Source of the DNA: Ramazzottius varieornatus
Lineage: Eukaryota > Animalia > Tardigrada
Assembly (NCBI GenBank): GCA_001949185.1
Contig: BDGG01000008.1
Location: 1,302,001-1,366,000, forward strand
DNA length: 64,000 bases
Reading direction: 5' to 3'
In this document: piece by piece, positions 21,799 through 34,500 of the stretch
Numbering within the stretch: position 1 is the first letter of the stretch
How the letters are laid out: each line of letters starts with the position of its first letter
Notes under the pieces: model-generated
Told to the model about the DNA's origin: nothing
Database searches by the model: none
The model's input: only the letters and a program-made list of their open reading frames with translations
Made by a program: the position numbers and the translations under genes

Positions 21799-24666
21799 TC
21801 AAAATAACGGTTCCCGTTCGTCGACATCGATTGCTGGTATGTAAGTTTCTCCCTTGAACGGATCCCGCACAAAACTTTCATCAACCTCTTCGTCCGCTGC
21901 GGGCGTCGAGATCCACTCTTCGTTCAGTACGCTGTGCCGTAAGCCGAAACAGAAATATATCAGAACACCTGAAACAATAAGAAAAAGTACCCTGGGAAAA
22001 AAATAAAGTAAAGGGAGAAAATTTCGGGAGGGAGTTCTTCGTTCGACTCACCGATTGTGAGCCAGACGATGAATCTAACCCAGCTCATCCATCCAAGGTT
22101 CGACAAGAGCAAAACATTCAACGCTATAGAAATGGCCGGAATTAGAGGAACGGACGGCATCTGGAACGGTAAACGCAGCCGGCGTTTCTTGTGGGCCGTA
22201 ATGACCAGAAAAGCAGAGATGAAACCCAAGGGAAACAGCACGACCAGTAAAACTGCCCACCAAACCATATCAGCGAGCTCGTCATATGCATAGATGAATA
22301 CTGAGTAGAAGGCACCAGCAAACGCTGCCAGCAGTACGACGGAGATATCAACAGCGAACCCAGGGTACGGGGAGTAGGATCTCTTCCAAAAGCGGTATCT
22401 GGATTTGAGTTCGCCGTACCCGACAAGATCATCGAGGTCCTCATACCCGTCGTCCTCCGCGATTCCTCTTCGTTTGGTGGGGTCTCCGCCCTCCTGTTGT
22501 ACATCATAGATGGCTACTCGAGTCTAGAAAAATGGAAACGTGAGCATGTGAGTGAGCACGTGGGCACAGCTGCAACGTGGACAAATGAAGTAAACCACTT
22601 CGGTACCTCAGGTGGCGTCATTGTTGGCTGGAGGTGTGCGCCACTTGGGCAAACGATCGGGCTAAGTTCGTTTTATACTCACTTGGTAATGTAAGATGAT
22701 GGAGCAACCGGCAACGATCGTGTACGTGCAGAGTGTGCCGACACTTAGAAACTCGACAAGAATCTCCAGGTTGAATATAACCGCCAAAAGGGCAGCTAAA
22801 GCTCCAAATATCAGCTCACTGTAGATAGGCGAGCGGGTGTAAGAGTTGACTTTTGCGAACAACCGGAACAAGAGCCCGTCTTTGGCCATGGCGTACGTGG
22901 TTCTTGTCATGGTGAAAAGATTACTTATCTGAAACACACAGAAATCAGTCTAGTTGTGTGTTTTTTCGAACTATTCGCTACTTACCAGACCTCCGATCAA
23001 GCTGATAATGATGCCGATGGCAAGGGTGATGCCTATGCCGGGATACCCGATTGATATGAAGGCTTCTGGGAAAGCGGACTGTGGATCAATCTGAGTATAG
23101 GGTACCACCAGCGTGAGACCTATTTCCAGACAAAAGATTCCAAGTTCCCGTGAAGAAATCTCTTCGTCGCAGTAGTACGGTAAAGTGTTTGAGGCATGAC
23201 TGGGAAGCCCGCAAACGAAACGCACAAGATCGGAATCTTCAGTGACGCACACTTGTAGCAAATACCAATGAAAACGTGCGTCACTTGGGATTACAGTATA
23301 GGGTGGTTTACCTATTGACTGCAGCAGGTAGAATACTGTGACGATTCCCAGCGAAGAAAACATGGCCAAAGGGATGGTTCTCTGTGGGTTGGCCGCTTCT
23401 TCTCCTATACGACACAAACCGTACCAAATTTCCATTCTAAAAATAAAACAGCAGTGGTCTGGTTTCTTACCGGCACTGGAAACTCCTTCGAACCCAATGT
23501 AAGCGAAAAAGGTAACCGCGGCTCCTCTCATTATCCCTCTGAAGCCATAGGGCGCAAATCCAACAGATGTCCAGTTCGAAGAATCCGCAAACACGAAACA
23601 TACAACTGTGAAGCAAACCAGCTGGCAAACTTCGTTCAGACATGAGGGAACGCGGAAGAAACACAATCATAAGGAGTATCGCTTACTGATGCTGAAGATG
23701 ATGAAAACCACGCCGAGGAACGACAGAACTGTGCCGATAAAGGCTAAAAATAAAGATAAGCTGATTCTGCATGGCATGCCAAAACACTGTACAACAGGAT
23801 ACCGAGATCTGGGAGCTCAGCGAACAGACTCGTCCAGATCGTTTTCCCAAGTGGCGCACGGTTTTGGTGATATTGGCTAGAATTGTGCGCCACCTAGACA
23901 AAGCAAATGTGGTCGAGCTTCCTTGCCGAGCTTCGATGATGGTTTCGTGCTTACTAAATCTGTTTGATCCAAGTAGCATCAGTGTCGTGATGAGAAGTCC
24001 GGCGGCAAGTGCCAGAAGATCAGGATAGGCCGCTAGGTATGGACTGTCGAAAGCTCCAACATTGTTGATGGTCCACTCAGAAATGGTGTTGTTGGTCATG
24101 GCGTCTATCGCACCACTTATGGCGCTGGACATGGACGCCGCCGAGACCAGCTCTTCCAGGACCATCTGCCATCCGACTATGAAAGCAACGAACTCCCCTA
24201 TCGTAACCTAAAAGCATACTAATCATTGGCTTCAGTGCAAAAGCTTCTGCTGATAATGTAATGGAACATCAGTCGTACGTACATAGCTGAAGACATATCC
24301 AGAGCCGGCTTGTGGAATAGTGGAGGCGAATTCGGCGTAGCACATGCCAGTGACGAAAGCCACGAGAGCTCCAATGGCGAAGCTGATTACCACTGCTGGT
24401 CCTGCATATTGAGTGGCGGGACCTGAAACAGACGGGAAGACATTCAGTCCACGGCTTACGGACGTTTTTATTAGAGCAACTGGTCATCCGGACTCACCGA
24501 GAACGACGAAAGCCCCACCACCGGCCATTTGGCCAATACCGATGGCGATGACAGCAACTGGACTCAATGAGCGTTTCAGATTGGTTTTCATGAGGTCCTC
24601 GCGGATGACTTTTCTCCTCGTCAACTTGGCCCAAAAATGACCGAACCAGTGCCGGGCTTGATCCAT
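21799..24666 (-). CDS. SLC7 cationic amino-acid transporter (CAT family), about 11 exons
   Basis: Motifs LKRSLSPVAVIAIGIGQMAGGG, GFAPYGFRGIMRGAAVTFFAYIGFE, EEAANPQRTIP, YAMAKDGLLF, FQMPSVPLIP and WVRFIVWL. The last exon ends ...DEREPLF*. Confidence 0.9.
22575..22675. repeat. Palindromic element copy (SLC7 intron)
   Basis: GGTGGCG..TTGGCTGG..GTGCGCCACTTGGGCAAACGATC. Confidence 0.7.
23200..23295. repeat. Palindromic element copy with a compensatory change (SLC7 intron)
   Basis: AGTGACGCAC (23241-23250), a 25-nt spacer, then GTGCGTCACT (23276-23285). Confidence 0.75.
23809..23935. repeat. Palindromic element copy (SLC7 intron)
   Basis: GGGAGCTCAGCGAACAGACTCGTCCAGATCGTTTTCCCAAGTGGCGCAC...GTGCGCCACC...GGTCGAGCTTCCTTGCCGAGCTT. 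Confidence 0.85.
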
Positions 24667-25256
24667 ACCAAAAGTCCACCAATAGACGAAGATCGAGGTT
24701 TCTACCTGCTGACTGAAATGCTGGCTAAGCTAGGGATAACACAGCATTCCAGTTACATTTTCTGCAACTTTTCAAGGATTTCAGATAAACCTCTCATTCA
24801 AACAGAGAAATTCCCTGAATGTTCCACAACAGATGTTCTAGCGGCAGACCGAATTTTAACTTAGCCTGAAACAGTTCACCGCAACGTGCGTTTACCAGAC
24901 ATCGAAATGCTGCGGGGCGAAAAGCCGGTAGACGGGCTCGTAGCCTCTGGGCCTGCTGTGGACTATCAATACAGCACTGCGTACAGCTAACTTGAGCATC
25001 TGTAGCCGCGCGGTAGGTATTGTTTCTTTACTCCATAACAAAATAAAGTTTCAGTCTAGTAAGTCTAAGACTTGCCAGTCTTTGTGAATAAAGAAATTGA
25101 CAAGCTATCCGTAGACGAACCAATGAACAAGAAGCTAGAAAGATACGGACTAACCTTTTTACTAAAGGTCCCCAGACGTTTTTCAACTGGAAAAGCATAG
25201 GCGCGGCGCGATAACAACTCATGTTCAAGCTATTCGTGTACCGTGGACGAAGGTCC

Positions 25257-27911
25257 TCAATGCACGACTCCGTTAGCTTCGCCATCGGATTTCACCTTCT
25301 TTGAGTCAGCAGAATCTGTAAAACGGAAGACTGGATGGAAACAGTGTGCTGGAGTGACAAGATCGGACGAACCGTCCAACGTACCTTCATCTTCCGCAGC
25401 GCGCTTCTTGCTGGCGGCATCGTGAGCGTGTTTCAGCTCCACTTCGTCCAGTCCGACTGCAGGATGCGAACATGGATAGTTGACACCGTTTGCTGTGTCT
25501 GAAAATCATTGCTATTGAACTTGTTGATTCATCCCGTTGGTTCTAAGCGTACCTTCAAATTCTTTTTTAACCTCTTCCGCGCTGCTGCCATCCTTCGCGG
25601 CTTCCGGTTCGGGCTTAACGTCTGTTGTGTTCTCGCCATCTTTCCCGGTATCTTGAGGCTTGCCATACTTGACGTTACCGTTCTTCTGGGAAGGATTGAA
25701 CTTGAACTGCTGTTTAGCGTCTGCTCTCATCGTTCGAAGAACTGCGCGGTGAAATTAGTAACTCATCATGTAACATTTGCCGATGGGCGAAATGCGCAAG
25801 GCTATGTTCTCAACTTACTTCGGTTGTTTTTGGCTTCAAGGAAAGTGTCCCAGTAGGTTGAGAAGTAGGCTTCCTCCTCCTTGCCTTCGAGGACCCTTCC
25901 TTTGTAATGTATGCCGTCGATCATGATCTTGTTTTTGTTCTGGGACAGGATAGTGTTTAAGATTTCTTTGGCGACCGCGGTCTGGAATCTTACACGGACC
26001 TAAACAAAGCACAAGATTCGACTACCAGACCGGAAGTCAAAACACTTAGAAGTACGAGGTAAAGGTTGTAAACTAAGCCACCTCATACCGGGTTTGTAAA
26101 GTTAGCCACGGCTGTAGCGTCTATCGCTTGATTGACTATTTGATTGTCAGTCTTGGCTTTTTAACATGAGATTTCAACGTTCTTTTAATTGCGGATCTCT
26201 TGGATTCTCTGACTCCTCGTGTTGACTGTGCCTAATACCATTCGACAGCTCATTATTTTATCTATCGATCTATCCTTAAAAGTTTGGGATTGAGTAGTAG
26301 AGAACAGGCGAACTTAGACGGCTAACTTTACAAACCCGGTATGGGGCGGCTAGCTTTACAGCCTTTCCCTCGTAACTGTAAGAACGTGGACTGGACGTAT
26401 GTATAGTTTCGTGATTTCTCACCTCACGCTGACCCTTCTGATGGTCGATGTAGCGAACAGGAGACAGCTTCTCAAAGTACTCTTTGATGGGCAAGTACTG
26501 GATATTCCGTTGGGTGGACAAGTGAAGTACCGATCCTGGAATCTTGGATTCTTCACTGCAAAGAAGAGTCCTGGTGCTGCCGGCATAGCCACGGTAGACA
26601 GAACAGCCTATCTCGAGAAACGATGCTGCTTATTCACTTACATGTCCTTTTTCTTGTCCACCATGCGTTTCTCTCTGCTGGCAGCATGGTCGGCTCTGCA
26701 AAAAAAACTAACAATGATCATCTCTGTGGAGGGCAGAAAGTTTGATACTTGCTTCCATTCTCGCATCATCTCTTGAGTGCCGAATTTGGTTTCTTCTTCC
26801 GAAGCAGCCATGTACTTTTCTGCATCCGCTTTATTCTTGAAGATGCACAGAACCGAACCCTAAAATCAAAGCATACAACTTTTGAACCTTCATTTGAAAT
26901 CTGAATACAGAACCCGTTTTAAATTAGATTTTTTGCTGATTACTACAACCGGAAGTCAGAATATTAGGTACAGCATTCTACCTTCCATTTTCCTTTGACT
27001 TTAGCGTCTCCTTCCGAGAACTTCTGCAGAATGAGCCCATCGATCGGTCCGAACTTTCTAAAGTATTCCTGCATGGCGTCCATGGTGGCCGTCTTTGTGA
27101 AGCGTTTCTATAAAAGCGACACTGTGATAACACGACATTCACTGTGACATTGTTCTTAGCTTTCCGCGACAAAAAAGCGATATCGTCGTATCGATGTAGA
27201 ATTCAGAAGACGACTTTGCGAACATGGATAAGACAGAACAGTAAAGGTTTCACTTACGACGTAGACAGTTCGGGGATCGCGCTCAGCGCGAAGATCCTCG
27301 GTATCTTCCAGGTAGGGATATTTGCGCTTGACTCTTTTGCCTGTCTCGTCCACTTCCAACTCGGAAAACTTCTTCAAGCTATCAATTACATCCACTGGGT
27401 TGCTCGTTATTTTCTACAAAAATAGAACTACAATATAACAACATGCCGACGTGTCAGACGAGCATTTTCCACACTGATAATAAGTATCACGATATATAGC
27501 TCTAAAACGAATTGATGCTAACCTTGACTCTGTTACATTTCATGATGGTGTCAACAGGAACGTATCCTTCGTCTGTTAGCACGAGATCCCGGAAGAATTT
27601 GTCTTGAGACAAATTGAAGTCGCTCAAGTAATACTACAAACATCCAGTTTACATGAAGGAAGCCAAAACCTTGCACTGAATCCACCGATCGACACACTCA
27701 CCTCCACCTGGTCGGCGATCCTTTTCATAATCTCGTCCATCCTAGCTGCCGCGTCAGGCTTGATCTTCTGCACTTCGGTTGAAGAGCTGTTCTTGGTGTT
27801 GGCCACTTCTGGTTTTGTCTCGGCATTGTTGTCGTTTTCCGCCTTCGCCGGGGACGACTTTTCTGGGACGCTAGGAGTGGAAGCGGCGGCACCGTCGACT
27901 GCTGCGCTCAT
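25257..27911 (-). CDS. SSB: La autoantigen (La motif, RRM1, RRM2), about 11 exons
   Basis: La motif IADQVE..FSDFNLSQDKF..GYVP, RRM1 PRTVYV..GSVLCIF, and RRM2 GSVLHL..VRYIDH..RVLEGKEEEAY, followed by a basic C-terminal NLS-like tail. Confidence 0.88.
26055..26372. mobile_element. Tc1/pogo-type MITE in a La intron
   Basis: TIRs of about 55 bp (CGAGGTAAAGGTTGTAAAC..ATACCGGGTTTGTAAAGTTAGCC and its reverse complement) with a TA TSD. The left terminus CGAGGTAAA is shared with the pogo element at 17933. Confidence 0.85.
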
Positions 27912-29101
27912 GTTGACAGCTGGAAAGCACGGCTCGTGGGAAACGTCCTTGGATAACTCGCTTCCGTTCAGTAAGAAGTACCAGCCAGGATCCGGGATCA
28001 AGAAAGACCAGACGAAGCAGGTCCGGATGCGAGAAGAAGAAATTCAAGTGGCTGGAGTGAAATTTTACCAGTCTATTGCGAAACCACCGGTTTTACCTTT
28101 ATGTCGTTGGTTGATTGCCTAGTCTATTTGGTTACCGTCTGCCATTCAGGCCAGTGCCGAAGGCCCACATTTCCCAGGGTGAAAGGGAAGAGAATGCGGC
28201 ATTCCCTGGGTCGGCCCGGTGTTTCCTGAAGTAAATTACTTGGAATCAATGGAGTGACACGTGGTGATCATACCCATGGGCTCCAAGGACCAAGATAAAC
28301 GTTTGGGATGGGTTTCTGGAGTACGTACCGCTTCAACCACCAGCCACGTGGTGAGATTTCTCCGAGATTATCTCACGGTACGTACCACATAGATCTCGAT
28401 TGATTCCGCTAGTTTACAGGGAAGAAAGTGAAGGAGATTAGTCTGAGACTTCCCAGCACTACTTTTCGGGATGGAAAAGTGCGAGTACTGGCCCGAACCG
28501 ACTACACGGTTTTGCTGGACACGCGACAGCAGGATTTCCGCCCTCAGGGATGGGATGGCTTCATTTTTCGGGTGGAGCTTTCAGGGATGGACGGGAGATT
28601 GGAGTACAACAACGCTTACCAGAACGCCCACCTTCCGACAATGCACGAAATTTCCGCGAGATGTACACTGATCTACATGGAACAGGGTCTTTCATGTGGT
28701 CATTTAGATTAAGACGCCTTAACAGAGCTGAAACAGTGCGTATCAAGGGAGAACCGTACCCCTTTCGACACGGAAGTTCCGAAAACTTCATAGTTAATCA
28801 TTTTGCCGCGTTTGTTTTCGAAGCCTAGTAAGCGAGCGAAAGGTTTCTTTTCTTACCGATAGTATCAATAGATTCACGTACTAATCGTGCAGTATTTTGT
28901 TGATATGGTCCTGAACAGAAGAACTCTGATAGACCGAATTTACTTTTCGTCCGAGCACTGTATACTGGGGTTTTTGTTTGATTTATAAAGAACGACTGTA
29001 CTCCGATTTGACTCTGCACCCGGATTTTCAGGAGGAAAACCGGAAAAATTGGGGCAAAGGTCTAGGTTGTTTTTTTCTTGACCAGTATTCTGGAGCTGCC
29101 G

Positions 29102-29945
29102 TCATCTTCGACGAAAGGTATTTTTAAGCTGTCGCCAAACGCCTCTTAGCCCTTTCCGCTCGACGTTTGAGTGATTTGCAGCAGTAGGTCCAGGGACTTC
29201 AAGGCTGAGCTGCGGTATACCTCGAGATGAAGTCCCCGTGTATTTCGGGGGAGCAAGACCCAGGTCGCGGTCTAGTTTTTGCCTGACGGCCATCATATCA
29301 TGCAAACTGACAAACTCCGTTAGGTCGATCTCGCTAGGCTCGTCCAGTTCGTCATCACAGAAAGCCGCGTTCGAAGCAACTCCGAAATCCATAGGCCTTC
29401 AAAAGAGGTCAGTATCGTGGGGCGCTTTGTTAGCCCCGTTGTTCAGCTCTAAAGGCGACTTACAGGTTTCCTGGTTCGGGCTGGGCTGCGATCTCTTGGA
29501 GGATCACCGGAGCAGCTGCGGGGACAAGTTTAGAAGACGCGGTGTTCATGCTGTAATTTTTCATTGGGTAGCGGCTGAACTGCGCTACGCTGCTCTCAGA
29601 GTCTTGCATGGGCCGAAACTCCGCATGAGAAACTTCATCGGAAACATCCCTTAGCGCTGTGAAGTACTCAGTTTGCCGTGGAGTGGGCTGGAGGTTCAAG
29701 GCAGCTTTGTTGTCGCGATGTACCGCAGGTATATTTTGCGCTTTGGTTCCTTGAGGTTCAAAATGCTCTGCAAATGCAAAAATTCAAATGGTGTCTTCAT
29801 GGAGGAACAGTCCAAGGAGCAGGAGGAACCGTAACCACTGCCCTTCTTACCGTTGTGAAAATGAACATGGTGCGCCTCGAAGCTGGGCGCCTCGTCGAGC
29901 TCAATGCCTACTCCAAAATCCCCTTGGCTAACTCCTGGAAACATG
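29102..29945 (-). pseudogene. Possible degraded intronless gene of unknown family
   Basis: Three consecutive protein-like ORFs in shifted frames, ending ...GLRGVWRQLKNTFRRR*. No family recognised. Confidence 0.35.
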
Positions 29946-31530
29946 TCTATCAAAATATAAATTATAATAAGTGAGGAGTTATTGTAACGCAAGTTGTTTT
30001 GCAGTTACTGGTCCCAACGTACCTCCCTGATGAGGCCGCGCACCACTGTTCATCTGCGGTCCGCCTTGGCGATAATATGCCATCTCACAACAGGTTTGCT
30101 CAAGTCGCTTCAAAGAGATACCCGGCACACGGCACGAACCAGAAGTCGCTACACCGTATGGTACCGGTGAGCGTTTAAGTCCGTAGGTATGGTAACTTAT
30201 GAAATGCTCCGGGGGGAGTGCCAAGTAACAGGACGATCGCCTCCACGAAGATGCACGGACTAGAACGCAGTGGAACGCTTTTTACCTTCTGCAAGATTCG
30301 CACAAGTAATTAGTAGCCTGAGAATCTTGTAGCTACAGTCACCCCACCCTGCTACAGTACGGTTAGGTCCTGGCCTGCCATTATTTTCATGCGCTTCCTG
30401 TGCAGTGATACGTCGATCCGCTGTGACGTATTTGCGGTTACGTCATACGCAAGTGGCAAGATGCAAGACATCACCACTGCGAAATATCCTTATTTTAAAA
30501 TTAGAGTTTGATTGGGCGATATATGACAGAAGGCGGCGCTATCCAGCACGGCCCGTGATGGAGAGCTGGAAAACAAACTAAACCGTGCCGAGTATCGACG
30601 CACGTGCCTCGAATTTCGTACGTACATGGCGCACTGCACTTTCATCAGCTAAAAAAGTCTTTCTCTTGGTTTTCGTGAAGGTCTTTCCACCACATCTTTC
30701 TTGGCACATGTGTTTGCGTCTGTCAGCTGCATCTTGGTTGGATCTTGAACTTGAAAGAGAGACATCCGACAAGTTGACTTTCTGGTCCTGGATGCTCCAT
30801 CTCTAAGTAGGCTCAGTCTTTGATCTGTGATGCGCTGCTGACGAGCCAGGATCAAGTTGTTTTTTCTCTTTTCTGAGTAACCTTGTCTAACTACCTCCTC
30901 TTATAAGATCACGTCTCATAAATATCCCTGTGGACTCATTGCCCTTTATAGCCCCGACTTTTGTCAACGCTGCCAGTTTGGAGTTCGTGATTCATCTTCA
31001 GTTCTCCTCGTTCCATTTTCTGCCGCCTTGATGCCTTCTATTTGCTCCTGATTTGTCTCGGGATCGTTTCGTTTACCCCTAGATGACTGTAAAAACTACG
31101 GTGAGTGAATCTTGCTTATCGAAAAATATAACGGGACCGAATAATCTCATAATCGCGCCGAACTGAAGTATCAGTTTCGTTGAATTTCTGAAATTTGGGA
31201 AGCCATTAGGTTAGTCTGATGAACTAATTGTGCTAATTCACCTACAGAAAACAGGCCGAACCGTAATGTTCACCAAGCTGATCACCACATTGTTTCTATT
31301 AGCTCCGCCCACCGCGTCGTTATCTATACGAGCGTACGGCTTGCCAAATTCGATTCTTGGCATTTTTATGTTTGGAATCTAGTTTTCGGTTTGGAAGTTG
31401 ACTGTGTTTTTGGTTTTTCAGGCTTTCTCGACGTGTGTGGTTTCTGATACAAGTTGGTAAAGGGAGATCCGACACGAAACGGAGGGACTAAGCAGCGGTG
31501 TGAGAGGTGGGGGTTGTGGCAGACATCTCC

Positions 31531-34500
31531 ATGCCAGCAACCGCCTCACCCGATTGCATGGCTATTTGTGTTCCTGCCGAACAAAATGAAACATTTGTGG
31601 ACTCTGTCGACTTGTTGAACGAAGATGACGACGGTTTACCCCAAGCCGAATCGCTGTCCTTGCTGTCGCAACAACACAGGAAAGATGTCGTACTGGCCAC
31701 GATCCACGAAGGTTCCTTCCCCCACGAACCCGACATCCTCACGCCCGTCAGCCATCTCCTTCCACCCATCCCCGAAGCCGACGGTTGGTCTGACAATGAG
31801 GTGGAAAACCATGAGAAAAGCCTGGACGACTACGAGGAGGACGACTTCCTCGAGGACGGGTAATTTTTCGATTTCCATCGAATAAAACAATATTATTTTT
31901 CTGTACTTGAAAATCCCTTAAGTTTCATTCCTTGAATTTTTGTTTAAATCTGATAGTGTATGTCATTGTAGATATGCGGGACAGCGCTTCCTTCGGGATG
32001 AGGAGGATTTCGTGGCACCTACTTATGCGCGAACTGTCCATGACGAGGAGCTCAACCAATCAACCGTGCGGTTGTTCCACGATCTGATGCGCATCAGCTC
32101 ACATGATCACACGGTCCTCAACGGCACTGACAGCCACCAATACCTCTTCCAGCACTTCGATGCGGATAACCTGGAGTTTGATGCAGCGGTCGCGGTGAGA
32201 CCCAAATTCATCGGGCAGTATCTGATGGGGGACTGCTTGGGCGAAGGGTCCTACGCTAAAGTCAAGGAGGCTTTGAACACGGAAACGCTGGAAAGGGCAG
32301 CTGTCAAGATATTTTCGCCTGTCAAGCTAAAACGAATACCCAATGGTAGTTATCTCCCTCTTCCGCTACTTATAACGAGGCTGAATCTTAAAGGTTTTGA
32401 TTGCAGGTATGCAAAATGTCTTGAAGGAGGTGAGAATCCTACAGAAACTTATCCATCCGAATGTGTGCCGCATGAAGGAACTGTTGAAGAAAGAAGAGAA
32501 AAAGAAGCTGTATCTCATCATGGATTACGCTGTTTGTGCAATCAGTGATCTAACCAAGACTCTTCCCCAGGAACGTCTTCCCGCTTGGTAAGAAATTTCT
32601 TCCTGATTTCGATCCAAAAGTGGCACAAAACTATTCAGAAAATGACACATGGACAAACGATTTCAACCAGTTCGTTTTCCCAAGTGGCGTATACTTCCAG
32701 CCACTAAAACTGGAGGCGTGCACGGTTTGAGGCCACGAGTTAGTCAACTCACTTCCTAACGTCCCAAATGACGTCGATTTTGTTGAAGTCTGTGCAAGTT
32801 ATTGTAACACGCAGTGCGTGAAGAAATCGCAACGGAAGACCTTGCTCGAGAAATGTTCTCGTCGCGTGCGGTTAATTGACCTTGGTCGATGATTGCAGGA
32901 AAGCGCATTACTATTTTGTACAGCTGCTGGATGGTCTGCAGTATTGCCACTCGCGCGGCGTGGTGCACAAGGACTTGAAGCCCAGTAATCTGGTCATCAC
33001 GACGCAGGATACGCTGAAAATCATCGATTTCGGAGTTGCCGAACAGCTCTCGCCGTATTCAGCCACCGATCTCATTTCAAGTAGCCAAGGTATGTGCTGC
33101 AGCTGCGCTCTTCTCCCTCCTTTCCTACCATGTTGGCTGCAGAGCGAGACCCTCGTCGGGCTGGTCCTCGGTAATATTCACGATCGTGATGGCCTGATGA
33201 TCGTCAAAAAGCGTCGCGGTAGGCAATTAGATAAACCCCTCGTGACGCTTGTTTGACTTCCTGAGTTATTTGTCACGCCAGCTACCCAAGGTATACAATC
33301 ATCGCTTGCACGAGAGCACCGTCTCTGCTGTATTCAGCACTTTTTGTCAGCTTCCTGGTTTTCGCCTCAACCAGTGGATTAGAAAGGCTACGGCAGACGA
33401 ACTTTTCGAACGAATAATAAGATAGAAATTCCAGCAGAAATTCGAGACAAAATAGTCGTCGATCAAAAATCAATTTTTGATAAGATCGAACTTTCATGGA
33501 AATTTCCAGCGTTTGCTCCTTGCGAAATATTGTTTGTTCAAAATCTATCTCGAAAAATGTGTGTTTGATTTCGCAGAAGAGCTTTTTTGACGGTTGAGGA
33601 AATGCGCGAATGAATCGGGCTGGTACGAGAAGCGTAATGCGGAACTGTTAGAATTGTTTCGTGCTAGAGTTTTTTCAACTGGCGTTTCTTCTTGTAATCC
33701 ATTTGTGAATGACGGGATAACGCTTGCCAAGTTTTGGGCGGATTTTCGAGGGATTGTCGAGAGCGAAGTCGACTTTAATTATGCTTTGACCCTGTAAAGT
33801 CACGAAGGAAGGGCAACTCGTTGGGCAAATAAGCGGCTCGCTGGTCCGTATTGCGGGTGATCAGTGGTGACTTGTGACGGCTTTGAACCCACGTTAGGGT
33901 GATCGCGGGGGATTTCTTAACGGTGATATTATTGATTTTTCTCTATCCAAGTACCCCGAAGAGAACCAAAGGAGACTGAGCGCAACAATTCAGGCCAGTG
34001 AAGGACGCAAAAACGTTAAGGCTAATGTTGTGCTTTGCTTTCCGCAGTTCCTTCCCTCTTTTCAAAGACTAGCTTTACTGACAGACAAGCTAACGTTGAA
34101 ATTTCAGCAGCAGCAGCAGTAGCAACAACAACAAGCTTAACGAAGAGCGTCACGTGGTGAATGCAGGCGGCTATCAAGCTGCCTAATGTGATGGAGAACC
34201 CATCGGCGGACCCTCGATCGAGTGCAATTGACACAGGCTTACGAGCAGTATTGATTGAGAACCTACTTTAGCGTCTTTAGCAACAGCTGTATTGTACAAT
34301 GAGAATATATTGAAGAGAAAGTTTTCCTAAAGGAAGTCGGAAGACTCTGAATGGAGGAGGAAGCAAGCTAATGCTGAAGAAATTGTTAGGTTGTTGGCAT
34401 TTGGCTAAATATACAAATTTTCTTCTGCTTATAGAGTCGTGACGAATGCCAAGTTGCCGATACTGCAATCGTAACACGAGGAACTCGGCAGTAGACTCAT

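Noticed and set aside
28190-28830. Possible small gene divergent from La (Trp-rich ORFs)
   Set aside because: Several mutually exclusive frames and splice options exist and no domain is recognisable, so no model can be supported.
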